Part shown: positions 19,469 to 28,765 of the stretch, one piece after another
Layout: every line of letters begins with the position of its first letter
How positions within the stretch are numbered: position 1 is the stretch's first letter
Origin: Neisseria sp.
GTDB lineage: Bacteria > Pseudomonadota > Gammaproteobacteria > Burkholderiales > Neisseriaceae
Direction of reading: 5' to 3'
DNA length: 64,000 nucleotides
NCBI RefSeq assembly: GCF_030530745.1
Contig: NZ_JAUMUI010000004.1
Location: 24,159 to 88,158 of the forward strand
Notes under the pieces: generated by a model
The model's input: only the letters and a program-made list of their open reading frames with translations
Databases searched by the model: none
What the model was told of the DNA's origin: nothing
Position numbers and translations under genes: made by a program

Positions 19469-20539
19469 CTACATGCCGTAGGCCGCCATGGTTGTGCGGT
19501 AGATTTCTTCGTCGGAACACAGTGCGTTAACGTGTTTGTTTAACGCTTTGCCCAACTGCTGCCGCAAGGGTTTGTCGTAAACCAGCTTTTCCACAGCATC
19601 GGCAAAACCCTGTTCGTCGCCGAGCTTGAAGCAGTAGCCCGTTTCGCCCTGTATCACCATTTCGGTGATGCCGCCCATGTTGTAGGTAACCACAGGGGTT
19701 TCATACAGCCCCGCCTCCAACACATTGTTGCCCACGCCCGCGCAGCTGTCGCCGGGGCAGCGGGGGTTGTTCAGCAAAATATCCACTTCTTTGAAATATC
19801 CGGTCAGATTGCGCACGCCGCCGAGAAAAGTTACTTTGTCGGACACGCCCAAACGATCGGCCTGCGCTTTGAGTTTGTCCATATCTTCGCCCACGCCCGC
19901 GATGTTGAGGCGGACGGGCAGGTTGCGGTCGAGCAGTATTTTGAAAATATCCAGCGTTTGATCCACCGCGCGCAGGTAGTCCAGCCGCGACAGGGTGCCC
20001 AGCGTTACATAATCTTTTTCAGCCTTTTCGGGCACATAATCCACTTTGTGCAGGGCGTTGTAAGTATAGGTGATGCGGTTTGCGGGAAAGCCGTGGCGGA
20101 TTAATTTGTCGCGTTCGTGTTTGCAGTTGGCGATGATATACACGCCCAGCCTGCGGAAAACTTTTACCACTTTCGGATAGGTTTCCGCCACCAGGCCGCG
20201 TGCGTGCCAAAACACCTTGGTGTGCGGCGACGCGAGTTTGGCGGCGGCGGCGCAGGCGGGTACGATGCGTGCCATCTGGCAGTGGACGATATCGGGTTTT
20301 TCCCGCCGCATCAGTTTGAAAAACGCCCCCATACTTTTTAAATATCCCGATATGCCGCCGCCGTAGAAATCGATTTCATGCCATTTCATACCTGCTTCGC
20401 GGCAGTCGCCTACCAACGGGCCGTCTGAAGAGGCCAGCAGCACTTCGTGTCCTTTGCCGCACAGCAAACGTCCCAAACGGTAGGTGGCGTTTTCGGTTCC
20501 GCCCAAACCGCTCATCGAGGTGGCCAAAACAATCTTCAT
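19469..20539 (-). CDS. GT4-family glycosyltransferase (paralog B of tandem pair)
   Basis: MKIVLATSMSGLGGTENA...; collinear with 18288..19358. Confidence 0.8.
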   Translation of the reverse strand: MKIVLATSMSGLGGTENATYRLGRLLCGKGHEVLLASSDGPLVGDCREAGMKWHEIDFYGGGISGYLKSMGAFFKLMRREKPDIVHCQMARIVPACAAAAKLASPHTKVFWHARGLVAETYPKVVKVFRRLGVYIIANCKHERDKLIRHGFPANRITYTYNALHKVDYVPEKAEKDYVTLGTLSRLDYLRAVDQTLDIFKILLDRNLPVRLNIAGVGEDMDKLKAQADRLGVSDKVTFLGGVRNLTGYFKEVDILLNNPRCPGDSCAGVGNNVLEAGLYETPVVTYNMGGITEMVIQGETGYCFKLGDEQGFADAVEKLVYDKPLRQQLGKALNKHVNALCSDEEIYRTTMAAYGM

Positions 20540-20542
20540 GTA

Positions 20543-21838
20543 TCAATAACTTTTATATCTGTTTGCGGAATAAGTGTTTTCAGACGGCCTGTAACTGAAA
20601 AAATAAACAGCCAGCATAAAGCAGGGAAGCCAGATAAACGGCAGCCGCAGAATGGAAGAAGGAATAAACCCGCCGATCAGAAACACACCCATGCACACCA
20701 GTGCCAGCATGCGTATTTTGCCGTCGATTTTTCCCGAGGCGGCAAACAGGGCGGCATAGCCCGCCGCATAGAGCAGAAAAGAGAGCAGCGACACAATGCC
20801 GAAGCCCAGGTAAAGCTCGATGATGAAACTGTGCGGGTTTTCAAAACCCAGGCTGCTGCCCAAATGGCCGCCGAAAAATTCGCCGAAGTTTTTCGGGCCG
20901 TAACCGGTGAACAGCGCGGGGGTGTGGTTCCAGAAGTGGTTGTAGATTTCTTGGCGCGACGAAACCGAATTGTCGCTGCCGAAATCGTATAAAAAGAGGT
21001 AAACGCGGGTGGAAAAACGCTCTAAAAATTCATTGCTGTTTAATGAAAGCAGAAAATCCTGCACCGCATAAGGCGGAATCATGGCCGCAAACAGGCCGAG
21101 CAGCAAAACGGCAAACACCGTGGCCAAGCCGTTTTTGCGGTAGAGCAGTGTGAGCAGCGCCACGGCGGCATAGCAGGCAATGGCCGTGCGCGACACGCTG
21201 GCGAGAATCACCAGGCCGAGCAGGGCAAACAAGCCCCAGCCTGCAAGCACTTCTTTGCGGCTGCGGCCGAGCCGGGTGAAAAACACCAATACGGCAGGGG
21301 TGAGGCATACGGCGGTGGTGGCGAGGTTGTTGGGGTTGAAAAACAACCCTTTCACCGCACCCGCTTCCAGTGCCAGCTCTTCGATGGCGGTAACAAACTG
21401 AACACCCGCACCGATTTCGATAAAGGGAGGAATGCAGACAAATGCCGCAAAAAACAGAATCAGCCGCTGGATAAAGCCCAAAGGGTCGGGCGAGCGCGAA
21501 ACAATCTGATAGAGCAGGTAGAAAAAGCACGGCAGCGACAGAAAAAACATCAGGTCGACAAACTGCGAACCGGTGAGCGGCGAAATGACCAAGTGCAGCG
21601 CACTCCAGCCGGCCATAACCGCCAGACTGCCCGCCAGCACGGCAATGCCTGTGGGAAAGCGTTTGCTTTCGAGCAGGGCGGCAAACAGCGTGCAGATGAT
21701 GAACAGAATGGTCAGGAGGTTGTCGACACGCTGCACGCCGAGAAAATACGATATTGCAGGCCCCAGCATATAGGCGCCCAGCATGCCGTAAACCAGCAGC
21801 GTATAGATACGGGTAGTTTTAATTTTCATTGCGCTCAC
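20543..21838 (-). CDS. wzy: Polytopic membrane protein, O-antigen/EPS repeat-unit polymerase (Wzy/O-antigen ligase family)
   Basis: ~10-11 predicted TM helices with a large loop; sits between GT genes in a wzx/wzy-type locus. Confidence 0.65.
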   Translation of the reverse strand: MSAMKIKTTRIYTLLVYGMLGAYMLGPAISYFLGVQRVDNLLTILFIICTLFAALLESKRFPTGIAVLAGSLAVMAGWSALHLVISPLTGSQFVDLMFFLSLPCFFYLLYQIVSRSPDPLGFIQRLILFFAAFVCIPPFIEIGAGVQFVTAIEELALEAGAVKGLFFNPNNLATTAVCLTPAVLVFFTRLGRSRKEVLAGWGLFALLGLVILASVSRTAIACYAAVALLTLLYRKNGLATVFAVLLLGLFAAMIPPYAVQDFLLSLNSNEFLERFSTRVYLFLYDFGSDNSVSSRQEIYNHFWNHTPALFTGYGPKNFGEFFGGHLGSSLGFENPHSFIIELYLGFGIVSLLSFLLYAAGYAALFAASGKIDGKIRMLALVCMGVFLIGGFIPSSILRLPFIWLPCFMLAVYFFSYRPSENTYSANRYKSY

Positions 21839-23006
21839 CGTCGGTTTTTTCCAATACCGCGCGGTATCGGGCTTTGATTTGGCCGATAACGCTGTGTTCG
21901 CCGTATTCGTTCAGGCAGTTTTCACGCAATACGGCAGGGTTGTAGCGGCTGCGGTTTTCATAAAGTTCCACCAAGGCACGGGCCAGCGCGTCAATATTTT
22001 CGGTGGGCACCAGCAGGCCGTTTTCGGGGGTAACGGTAGAGTTCGGCCCGCCGCAGCGGGTGGCGATAACGGGCAGCCCCTGCGACAAGGCTTCAATGAA
22101 GACCACGCCGAAGGTTTCGTGGCGGCTGGCCAGCACGAAAGCATCGCTTTGGCGCATCAGGGCCAGCACTTCTTCGTTTTGCAGTTTGCCCAAAAACGTA
22201 ACCGAGTTTTCAATGCCGAGTTTGCGTGCCAGTTCGTGGAGCTGCGCGTCGGCCAAGCCGGTGCCGCCGATTTTCAGCTTGAGGCCGGGGTGTTTCTTCA
22301 AGGCTTCGGCAAAGGCGGGCAGCAGAATGTCGTAGCCTTTGTTGTAGTTGAGGTGGGCAACCGAGCAAAACGTAAAACCGTCGTTTTGCGGTTTGCCTGC
22401 CGCATCGAAAGGCTCGGCGAATTTGGCCGGCAGGATGTTGGGGATATATTGCCAGCCAAGCCCGTTGTATTCGCTTTCGAGCAGGCGGCAGAAATTGCGG
22501 CTCACGGCAATGCGCGCGGCACAGCTTCGTGCCGCACGGTGCATGGCCGGCCATTGCCAGTCGCGCACCAGTTTGCGCGCATAAGTGGAGCTGTGTTCGG
22601 TGAGCACATAGGGAATGCCGGTTTCGCTGTGGATTTCGTGCGCCAGAATGCCGCCGTAGTTCATGCTGTGGGCGTGGATTATGTCGGGACGGCCGTGTTC
22701 GCGCACATAGCGGCGGAAAAGCTTCCAGCCGGCCTTCAGCCAGCGGCTGCGGTCGATGGCGGTGCGCGGAAAGAAATACATGCTTTTATAAAGATAGGTG
22801 GGGATCTGCTCTTCAACAAAGCTGCGCACGCCGTAGCCGCCGGTGAAAACCGACTTCGGCTCGCCGCGCATCGAGCGGAAAACGGGGGCGATCACGCCCA
22901 CCTGCACGCCGGCGCGCTGCAAGGCCTGCGCCTGCTGCCGGAAGAAAATACCGTTGATATCGCCGGGGCCGGAAGGATACCAAGAGGGAATGATTAAAAC
23001 GTGCAT
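21819..23006 (-). CDS. GT4-family glycosyltransferase
   Basis: MHVLIIPSWYP... GT-B; EX7E-like region GVVFIEALSQGLPVIATRCGGPNSTV. Confidence 0.8.
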   Translation of the reverse strand: MHVLIIPSWYPSGPGDINGIFFRQQAQALQRAGVQVGVIAPVFRSMRGEPKSVFTGGYGVRSFVEEQIPTYLYKSMYFFPRTAIDRSRWLKAGWKLFRRYVREHGRPDIIHAHSMNYGGILAHEIHSETGIPYVLTEHSSTYARKLVRDWQWPAMHRAARSCAARIAVSRNFCRLLESEYNGLGWQYIPNILPAKFAEPFDAAGKPQNDGFTFCSVAHLNYNKGYDILLPAFAEALKKHPGLKLKIGGTGLADAQLHELARKLGIENSVTFLGKLQNEEVLALMRQSDAFVLASRHETFGVVFIEALSQGLPVIATRCGGPNSTVTPENGLLVPTENIDALARALVELYENRSRYNPAVLRENCLNEYGEHSVIGQIKARYRAVLEKTDGERNEN

Positions 23007-23055
23007 AATGTATTGCCTTGTTATTATTAAAATACGTCAGGTTTTCGGGTGCGGC

Positions 23056-24474
23056 TTATCTTTTCAGACGGCCTTTCGCTTTCGCCGTTAAAGCGCCGAT
23101 GGCGGCGCGGTGTTTCCGATACAGCGCGGCCAATGCGGCCAGCCAGAACAGGGCGAAAATATAATAATTGCCGCTGTTGCCGGAATAAGTGTAAACCAGG
23201 CATACCGCCAGGCAGGCAAAGGTGGTGCCGTAGAGTTTGGCGCGCGGCAGCGGCAGCCACAAGCGGGCCGAAGCCTCGCTTTTCAACACCGAAAACACCC
23301 AGAAAGCCACGGCGGTGGACATGGCCGCACCTTTCGCGCCCAAGGCGGGCACCAAAACATATAAAAGCGCGGCGTTCACCAGCAGGGCGGTTATCGAAAA
23401 CATCGTAATCAGCCAGGTTTTTTTGCTCACGTTGATGCCGATGCCGGTTACTTCGGTTAAGGTGTAGAGCAGCGGAAACAGCATGCTCGAGAGCAGGATA
23501 AACTGCACCGGCGCATATTTTTCAGGCAGTATCCAAGTAACCAGCGGCGAAAAAATCCCCACAATGCAGATGAGTGCGGCGATCAGGTCGGTCATCGATT
23601 CGGTGATACCGCCGATTTTATCCAAGTTGGTGTTTTCTTTCACCCATCTGAACACCATCGGTGCCCAGATAACCGAAAAAATATTCTGGAAAATCAGCGC
23701 AATCGCGCCGAAACTCACCGCCATCGAATACACGCCCAGCTCCGACAGCCCCGCCAGCTCTTTCAGCAGAAAACGGTCTATCGAGGTAAAGCCCCAATAG
23801 GCCAGCCCGCCCAAAGCCAGCGGCACGCCGTAGCGCAGGCTTTCTTTCAGCAGCGGAGCCGACAGCGGTGCGGCGGCGGCGGCTTTCAGCTCGCGGCGCG
23901 TTTGCAGGGCCAAAATGCCCACCGTTACCGCCTGCGACAACGCATAGGCCAGCACCAGCGTCAGGGTGTCGGTGGGCAGGGCGGCGGCCACATAAACCAG
24001 CACAAACACCAAAATCAGCACTTTCGGCGTGAGCTGGCTGATGGAAAAGGCGAAGGCTTTTTCCTGCATGCGCAGAATCAGCGCGAAATAGCGCGACAGC
24101 ACCGAGCTGGTAAAAAACACCAAACACAGCAAACCCAAAACGCTGCTGCTGATTTCGAGCACCGCTTCAGACGGCCACGACAGCCGCCATACCGCCACGC
24201 CGCCGCAAAACAGCAGGGTCAGCAGCAGCGGCGGCACAATCACGGCTTTAAACAGGGCGGCTTTGTTTTCGGCGGCGTGGTATTCGCGGATATACGACTG
24301 GTCCAAACCCAAACCGGCCAGCGTGAGGGTGAGTGCCGACACGGTTTGCAGCAGCACGATACGGCCGATGTCTTCGGCAGGGTAATACCAAGAAATCAGC
24401 GGCAGGGAAACGATTCCGATGGCGGCGCTGCCTACGGGGCCGAGCGCGTAGCCCAATAATTTTCGTGCATTCAT
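23056..24474 (-). CDS. wzx: Wzx-type flippase (polysaccharide biosynthesis protein, MOP superfamily)
   Basis: 12-14 TM helices; start set at MNARKLLGYALGP. Confidence 0.75.
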   Translation of the reverse strand: MNARKLLGYALGPVGSAAIGIVSLPLISWYYPAEDIGRIVLLQTVSALTLTLAGLGLDQSYIREYHAAENKAALFKAVIVPPLLLTLLFCGGVAVWRLSWPSEAVLEISSSVLGLLCLVFFTSSVLSRYFALILRMQEKAFAFSISQLTPKVLILVFVLVYVAAALPTDTLTLVLAYALSQAVTVGILALQTRRELKAAAAAPLSAPLLKESLRYGVPLALGGLAYWGFTSIDRFLLKELAGLSELGVYSMAVSFGAIALIFQNIFSVIWAPMVFRWVKENTNLDKIGGITESMTDLIAALICIVGIFSPLVTWILPEKYAPVQFILLSSMLFPLLYTLTEVTGIGINVSKKTWLITMFSITALLVNAALLYVLVPALGAKGAAMSTAVAFWVFSVLKSEASARLWLPLPRAKLYGTTFACLAVCLVYTYSGNSGNYYIFALFWLAALAALYRKHRAAIGALTAKAKGRLKR

Positions 24475-24510
24475 AAAATAACAGAAGCGTAGTCGGGCAA
24501 CGCTTCTCAG

Positions 24511-24671
24511 GTAAAACAAAATAAAAACGATACGGCGGTCTCGCCTTAGCTCGAAGAGAACGATTTTGTAAACTGCTGAAACAGCAACAGAATCGGTTCC
24601 GTACTATTTGTTTGTACTGTCTGCGGCTCCGCCGCCTTGTCTCGTTTTTATTTTGTTTTACTGCAAAAGTT
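24511..24671. mobile_element. Correia-like repeat-enclosed element with variant 20-bp TIRs (gtaaaacaaaataaaaacga ... tcgtttttattttgttttac)
   Basis: Internal sequence tacggcggtctcgccttagctcgaagagaacgattttgtaa...atcggttccgtactatttgtttgtactgtctgcggc matches the Correia core; perfect terminal inverted repeats. Confidence 0.6.
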
Positions 24672-24749
24672 TTTCAGACGGCCTTCGGAACACTGCAGCG
24701 CGTACGTTCCGAAAGCGCCTGCCTATTTTTATAGGCCGTCTGAAACCCA

Positions 24750-25829
24750 TCAAACGGCGGCTTTGAGCGCTTCGGCCACCTGCCGCACCTGCGCTTCGGT
24801 CAGATACGGGTGCATGGGCAGGCTCATCACTTCTTCGGCAGCTTTGTCACCCACGGGCAGCACGGCATCGCCGGCCACGGCGGGCTGTTTGTTGAGCGGA
24901 ATCGGATAGTGCACGGCAGTGGGAATGCCTGCTTCTTTCAGCTTGGCCTGCACCGCGTCGCGGTTTTTTACGCGCACGGTGTATTGCGCGTAGGCGCTGC
25001 GGTTGTGCGCTTCGATAAACGGTGCGGCGATACCGGCTTCGGCAAGGGCGGCGGCATACCGGGCGGCTACCTGCTGGCGCAGCTGCATTTCTTCTTCGAG
25101 TATGGCCAGTTTGGGCAGCAGAATGGCGGCCTGCAAGGTGTCGAGGCGGCTGTTTACGCCCACGCGGATATGGTGGTAGCGGCGGTCTTGGCCGTGGCGG
25201 GCAATCTGGCGGATAACGGTTGCCAGCTCTTCGTCGTTGGTGAACACCGCGCCGCCGTCGCCGTAGCAGCCCAGCGGTTTGCTGGGGAAGAAGCTGGTGC
25301 AGGCGATGGTGGTGAGGTTGCAGGATTTGCGGCCTTTGTAGGTGGCGCCGAAACTTTGTGCGGCGTCTTCAATCACGGGCAGGTTGTACTTGGCGGCGAT
25401 TTTGTTGATGGCATCGAAATCGGCGCATTGGCCGTAAAGCGAAACGGGGATAATCGCACGGGTTTTATCGGTGATGGCCGCTTCGAGTTTGGCGGGGTCG
25501 ATGTTGTAGGTGGATTCGATTACATCCACATACACCGGCTTGGCGCCCAGCAGCGCCACGGTTTCTGCGGTGGCGATGTAGGTGAAGCCGGGGGTGATGA
25601 CTTCGTCGCCCGCGCCCACGCCCAAGGCCATCAGCGCGATTTGCAGCGCGTCGGTGCCGTTGGCGACGCTGATGCAGTATTTCGCGCCGCAGTAGGCTTT
25701 CAACTGCTCTTCAAGCTCGGCCACTTCGGGGCCGAGGATATAGGCGCCGTGGGCGAGCACTTTTTGGATGTTGGCGTCGATTTGGGTTTTGATGCGCGCC
25801 TGTTGTGCGGCGAGATCGATAAACTGCAT
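24750..25829 (-). CDS. wbpE: DegT-family aminotransferase, WbpE/WlbC-like (UDP-2-acetamido-2-deoxy-3-oxo-glucuronate aminotransferase)
   Basis: GAYILGPEVAELEEQLKAYCG, ANGTDALQIAL; clustered with wbpB/wbpD/wbpA homologs. Confidence 0.8.
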   Translation of the reverse strand: MQFIDLAAQQARIKTQIDANIQKVLAHGAYILGPEVAELEEQLKAYCGAKYCISVANGTDALQIALMALGVGAGDEVITPGFTYIATAETVALLGAKPVYVDVIESTYNIDPAKLEAAITDKTRAIIPVSLYGQCADFDAINKIAAKYNLPVIEDAAQSFGATYKGRKSCNLTTIACTSFFPSKPLGCYGDGGAVFTNDEELATVIRQIARHGQDRRYHHIRVGVNSRLDTLQAAILLPKLAILEEEMQLRQQVAARYAAALAEAGIAAPFIEAHNRSAYAQYTVRVKNRDAVQAKLKEAGIPTAVHYPIPLNKQPAVAGDAVLPVGDKAAEEVMSLPMHPYLTEAQVRQVAEALKAAV

Positions 25830-25861
25830 GGTGTTTGTCCTTCGCGTATTTGATCGGAATA

Positions 25862-26443
25862 TTATTCTGATTTGCTTAAGAGGCCGTCTGAAAGCGTATA
25901 AACGGCGCCGGTGTGGGAGCAGACGGCGCTGCCGCTGCCGCCCACGGGCAGGTCGAGCTGTTCGCCGTATTCGCTCATCCAGCCGATCTGGCGGGCGGGC
26001 ACGCCGACCATCAGGGCGTAGTCGGGCACGTCTTTATTCACCACCGCGCCCGCGCCCACAAAGGCGAAACGGCCGATGGTAACGCCGCAAACGATGGTGC
26101 AGTTGGCGCCCAGCGTGGCGCCTTTTTTCACCAGCGTATCGCGGTATTCGCTTTTGCGCTCGATTAAGGAGCGCGGGTTATACACGTTGGTGAACACCAT
26201 GCTGGGGCCGCAGAACACGCCTTCTTCGAGATAAACGTTGTCGTAAACGGAAACGTTGTTTTGGATTTTGCAGTTGTCGCCGATTTTCACGCGGTTGCCC
26301 ACAAACACGTTTTGCCCGAACGAGCAGTTTTCGCCGATTTCGGCACCGCCGCAGATGTGCACGAAATGCCAGATGCGGCTGCCGGCGCCGATTTTTGCGC
26401 CTTCGTCAACGATGGCGCTGGGGTGTACGGTGTAGTCGGTCAT
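25862..26443 (-). CDS. wbpD: Left-handed beta-helix N-acetyltransferase, WbpD/WlbB-like
   Basis: Hexapeptide repeats [50 protein letters not shown]; start at [12 protein letters not shown]-overlapping the upstream gene's stop. Confidence 0.75.
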   Translation of the reverse strand: MTDYTVHPSAIVDEGAKIGAGSRIWHFVHICGGAEIGENCSFGQNVFVGNRVKIGDNCKIQNNVSVYDNVYLEEGVFCGPSMVFTNVYNPRSLIERKSEYRDTLVKKGATLGANCTIVCGVTIGRFAFVGAGAVVNKDVPDYALMVGVPARQIGWMSEYGEQLDLPVGGSGSAVCSHTGAVYTLSDGLLSKSE

Positions 26444-27480
26444 TTCAATAACTCCTGTAAGGCCGCTTCGCCCTGAAGCTGCGCCGTCGTCCATTTGCCG
26501 CCGTAGATGTGCAGCACGTTGCCTATACGCTCAAACGCCCATTCGCGGGTGGCGTCGCTCGGGTTGGCGGCGCTTTTGAGCAGCGGGCGTACGCCCGAAA
26601 AGCTGCCGCTCACATCTGCCGCCGTGAGTTTTTCGCTGTGGTAGGCGTTGTAGGCGGCCAAAAGGTAATCGGTTTCGGTTTCAGACGGCCTTTCCGCTTC
26701 GGGGTGATTTTGGCGGATTTCGGTGGTGCCTATCAGGGTTTTACCTTGGTAGGGCAGCACGAAGAAAATCCGTTTTTCTTGCGGAACCGGCAGCATCAGC
26801 GCCTGTTTTTGTTCGCGGTCGATAAGGATGTGGCTGCCGCGCACCCAGTCGATGGTGTAGGCGGGTTCTCCGCCCTGCTGCCGGCGCAGTTCCATCGCCC
26901 ACGGGCCGGTGGCGTTGGCGATGCGCTCGAAACCGTCGAGTTCGGCCAGGGTTTCGATTTTATGCCGCTCTTGCACGTTTACGCCCAAGCTGCGGCATTG
27001 TTCCACCACCCAGCGGCCCAGTGCGAAATCGTCCATTTGTGCGTCGTAGAACGAGAATGCGCCTTTGAGGCCGTCTGAAAGCAGGGTGGGGCAGCGCTCG
27101 AGCGTTTCGGCTTTGTCGAACCACGAGCTGCGCGGAAAGCCGCTGCCCGCGGCTAGAAAGTCATACAGTTTGGTGCCGATGCCGATCTGCCATTTGGGGC
27201 GGCCGCGCCCTTCGTAAACGGGAAACAGCAATTCCAGCGGGCGGCACAGGTGCGGGGCTTGCGCCAGCCAGAAACGGCGGGCGTGCAGGGCTTTTTTCAC
27301 CAGCGCAAACTGGCCGGTTTCAAGGTAGCGCAGGCCGCCGTGCAGCAGTTTGGACGACGATTGGCTGGTGTGCGCCATCACGGTGTCCTGTTCGAACAGC
27401 GTAACGGCGTGGCCTTGTTTGGCCGCCGCCCAAGCGGTGCACGCGCCTATGATGCCTGCGCCTGCTACGGCGATTTTCAT
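26440..27480 (-). CDS. FAD-dependent oxidoreductase, DAO superfamily with GlpD-like N-terminus (short, 346 aa)
   Basis: [32 protein letters not shown] Rossmann; [13 protein letters not shown] as in GlpD ([13 protein letters not shown]). Confidence 0.7.
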   Translation of the reverse strand: MKIAVAGAGIIGACTAWAAAKQGHAVTLFEQDTVMAHTSQSSSKLLHGGLRYLETGQFALVKKALHARRFWLAQAPHLCRPLELLFPVYEGRGRPKWQIGIGTKLYDFLAAGSGFPRSSWFDKAETLERCPTLLSDGLKGAFSFYDAQMDDFALGRWVVEQCRSLGVNVQERHKIETLAELDGFERIANATGPWAMELRRQQGGEPAYTIDWVRGSHILIDREQKQALMLPVPQEKRIFFVLPYQGKTLIGTTEIRQNHPEAERPSETETDYLLAAYNAYHSEKLTAADVSGSFSGVRPLLKSAANPSDATREWAFERIGNVLHIYGGKWTTAQLQGEAALQELLK

Positions 27481-27495
27481 GTTTGGACGGCCTTA

Positions 27496-28548
27496 TCAGT
27501 AAACCAGTGGCAGCGACACGGTTTTGTTGTCGCGGGCGGAAAGATAAGCCGCGATTAAGAGTTCCAGCGATTTCAAACCTTCGCGTCCGTCGGTAATCGG
27601 CTCGGCTTGGCCGCGCATCACGTCAATCACGTTTTTGTAGTAGAGCGGGTGGCCGAAACCGTAAACCGAGGTGGTTTCGTAGTTGGCGGTTTTGACCTGT
27701 TCGTCGTAGTCGCGGCTGTCGGCGAAGTTCCATTCTTGGATTTCGTTAACCGCCACGCCGCCGATGCGCACGGTGCCGGTTTCGCCCAAAATGGTAATCG
27801 AGCCTTCGAGGTTTTTCGGGTAGGTGCACATGGTAACGGCCATCGAGCCGAGCGCGCCGTTGCGCCAGCGGATGTTGACCACGCCGGTGTCTTCGGTTTC
27901 GATGTCGCGGTGGGTGGAAACCATGGCCTGCACGTCCTGCACGGGGCCGATAAGCCATTCCATCAGGTCAACATAGTGGCTGGCCTGGTTCATGAACGCG
28001 CCGCCGTCGAATTCCCAAGTGCCGCGCCAGCCGCCGCCCTGGTCGTAATATTCCTGCGGACGCGTCCAGAATACGTTGAGGTGCACCATGGCGATTTTGC
28101 CGAAACGTTTTTCTTCTACGGCGCGTTTGAGCATTTGCAGCGTGGCGTTGAGGCGGTTTTGTTTGACCACGAACAGGCGTTTGTCGGCTTTGTCGGCGGC
28201 GTGAACCATGCGTTCGCCGTCGGCGAGGCGGGTGGCCATCGGTTTTTCGGTTACCACGTGAAAGCCCGCTTCCAATGCCTGCACCGCCTGTTCGGGGTGT
28301 TGGCCCGAGGGGGTGGTGAGCACGATGATGTCGGCGTCGGTTTCCGCCAGCATCTGTGCGTAGGAAGCGTAGCCTTTGGCGCCGGTTCGCTCTACGGCTT
28401 TTTGCAGGTTTTCGGGGTTGGTGTCGCACACGGCCACCACTTCGCAATCGTCTTTCAGGGTTTCGAACGAACCGAAATGGTTGTTGGAAATGCGGCCGCA
28501 GCCGGCCAGCGCGAATTTGATTTTTCGGTTTTGAATGGTTTCGTACAT
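27496..28548 (-). CDS. wbpB: Gfo/Idh/MocA-family oxidoreductase, WbpB/WlbA-like (UDP-GlcNAcA 3-dehydrogenase)
   Basis: N-terminal KFALAGCGRISNNH Rossmann, characteristic of WbpB; neighbours wbpE/wbpD. Confidence 0.8.
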   Translation of the reverse strand: MYETIQNRKIKFALAGCGRISNNHFGSFETLKDDCEVVAVCDTNPENLQKAVERTGAKGYASYAQMLAETDADIIVLTTPSGQHPEQAVQALEAGFHVVTEKPMATRLADGERMVHAADKADKRLFVVKQNRLNATLQMLKRAVEEKRFGKIAMVHLNVFWTRPQEYYDQGGGWRGTWEFDGGAFMNQASHYVDLMEWLIGPVQDVQAMVSTHRDIETEDTGVVNIRWRNGALGSMAVTMCTYPKNLEGSITILGETGTVRIGGVAVNEIQEWNFADSRDYDEQVKTANYETTSVYGFGHPLYYKNVIDVMRGQAEPITDGREGLKSLELLIAAYLSARDNKTVSLPLVY

Positions 28549-28582
28549 ATTTGAATCCTATGATATGCATAGAGGCCGAGAT

Positions 28583-28713
28583 CTTTGCAAAACCCCCATC
28601 TGCGGCGCATTTCTGCGTTGTGCGCTGCTCGCTCGCCTGCCTAACTCCTGTTATATCTGCGCTCGTTGCGCTGCTACGCCTTGAACTGCGCCGCAGATGG
28701 GGGTTTTGCAAAG
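28583..28713. repeat. 131-bp element bounded by perfect 27-bp inverted repeats (ctttgcaaaacccccatctgcggcgca / tgcgccgcagatgggggttttgcaaag)
   Basis: Seen directly. The interior carries direct repeats tgcgctgct...cgcc. The tail ttttgcaaaggtctcaggccgtctgaaaa recurs at 61075-61105. Confidence 0.55.
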
Positions 28714-28765
28714 GTCTCAGGCCGTCTGAAAAACAGGGTCTTTTCAGACGGCCTTTCTTTAAACT

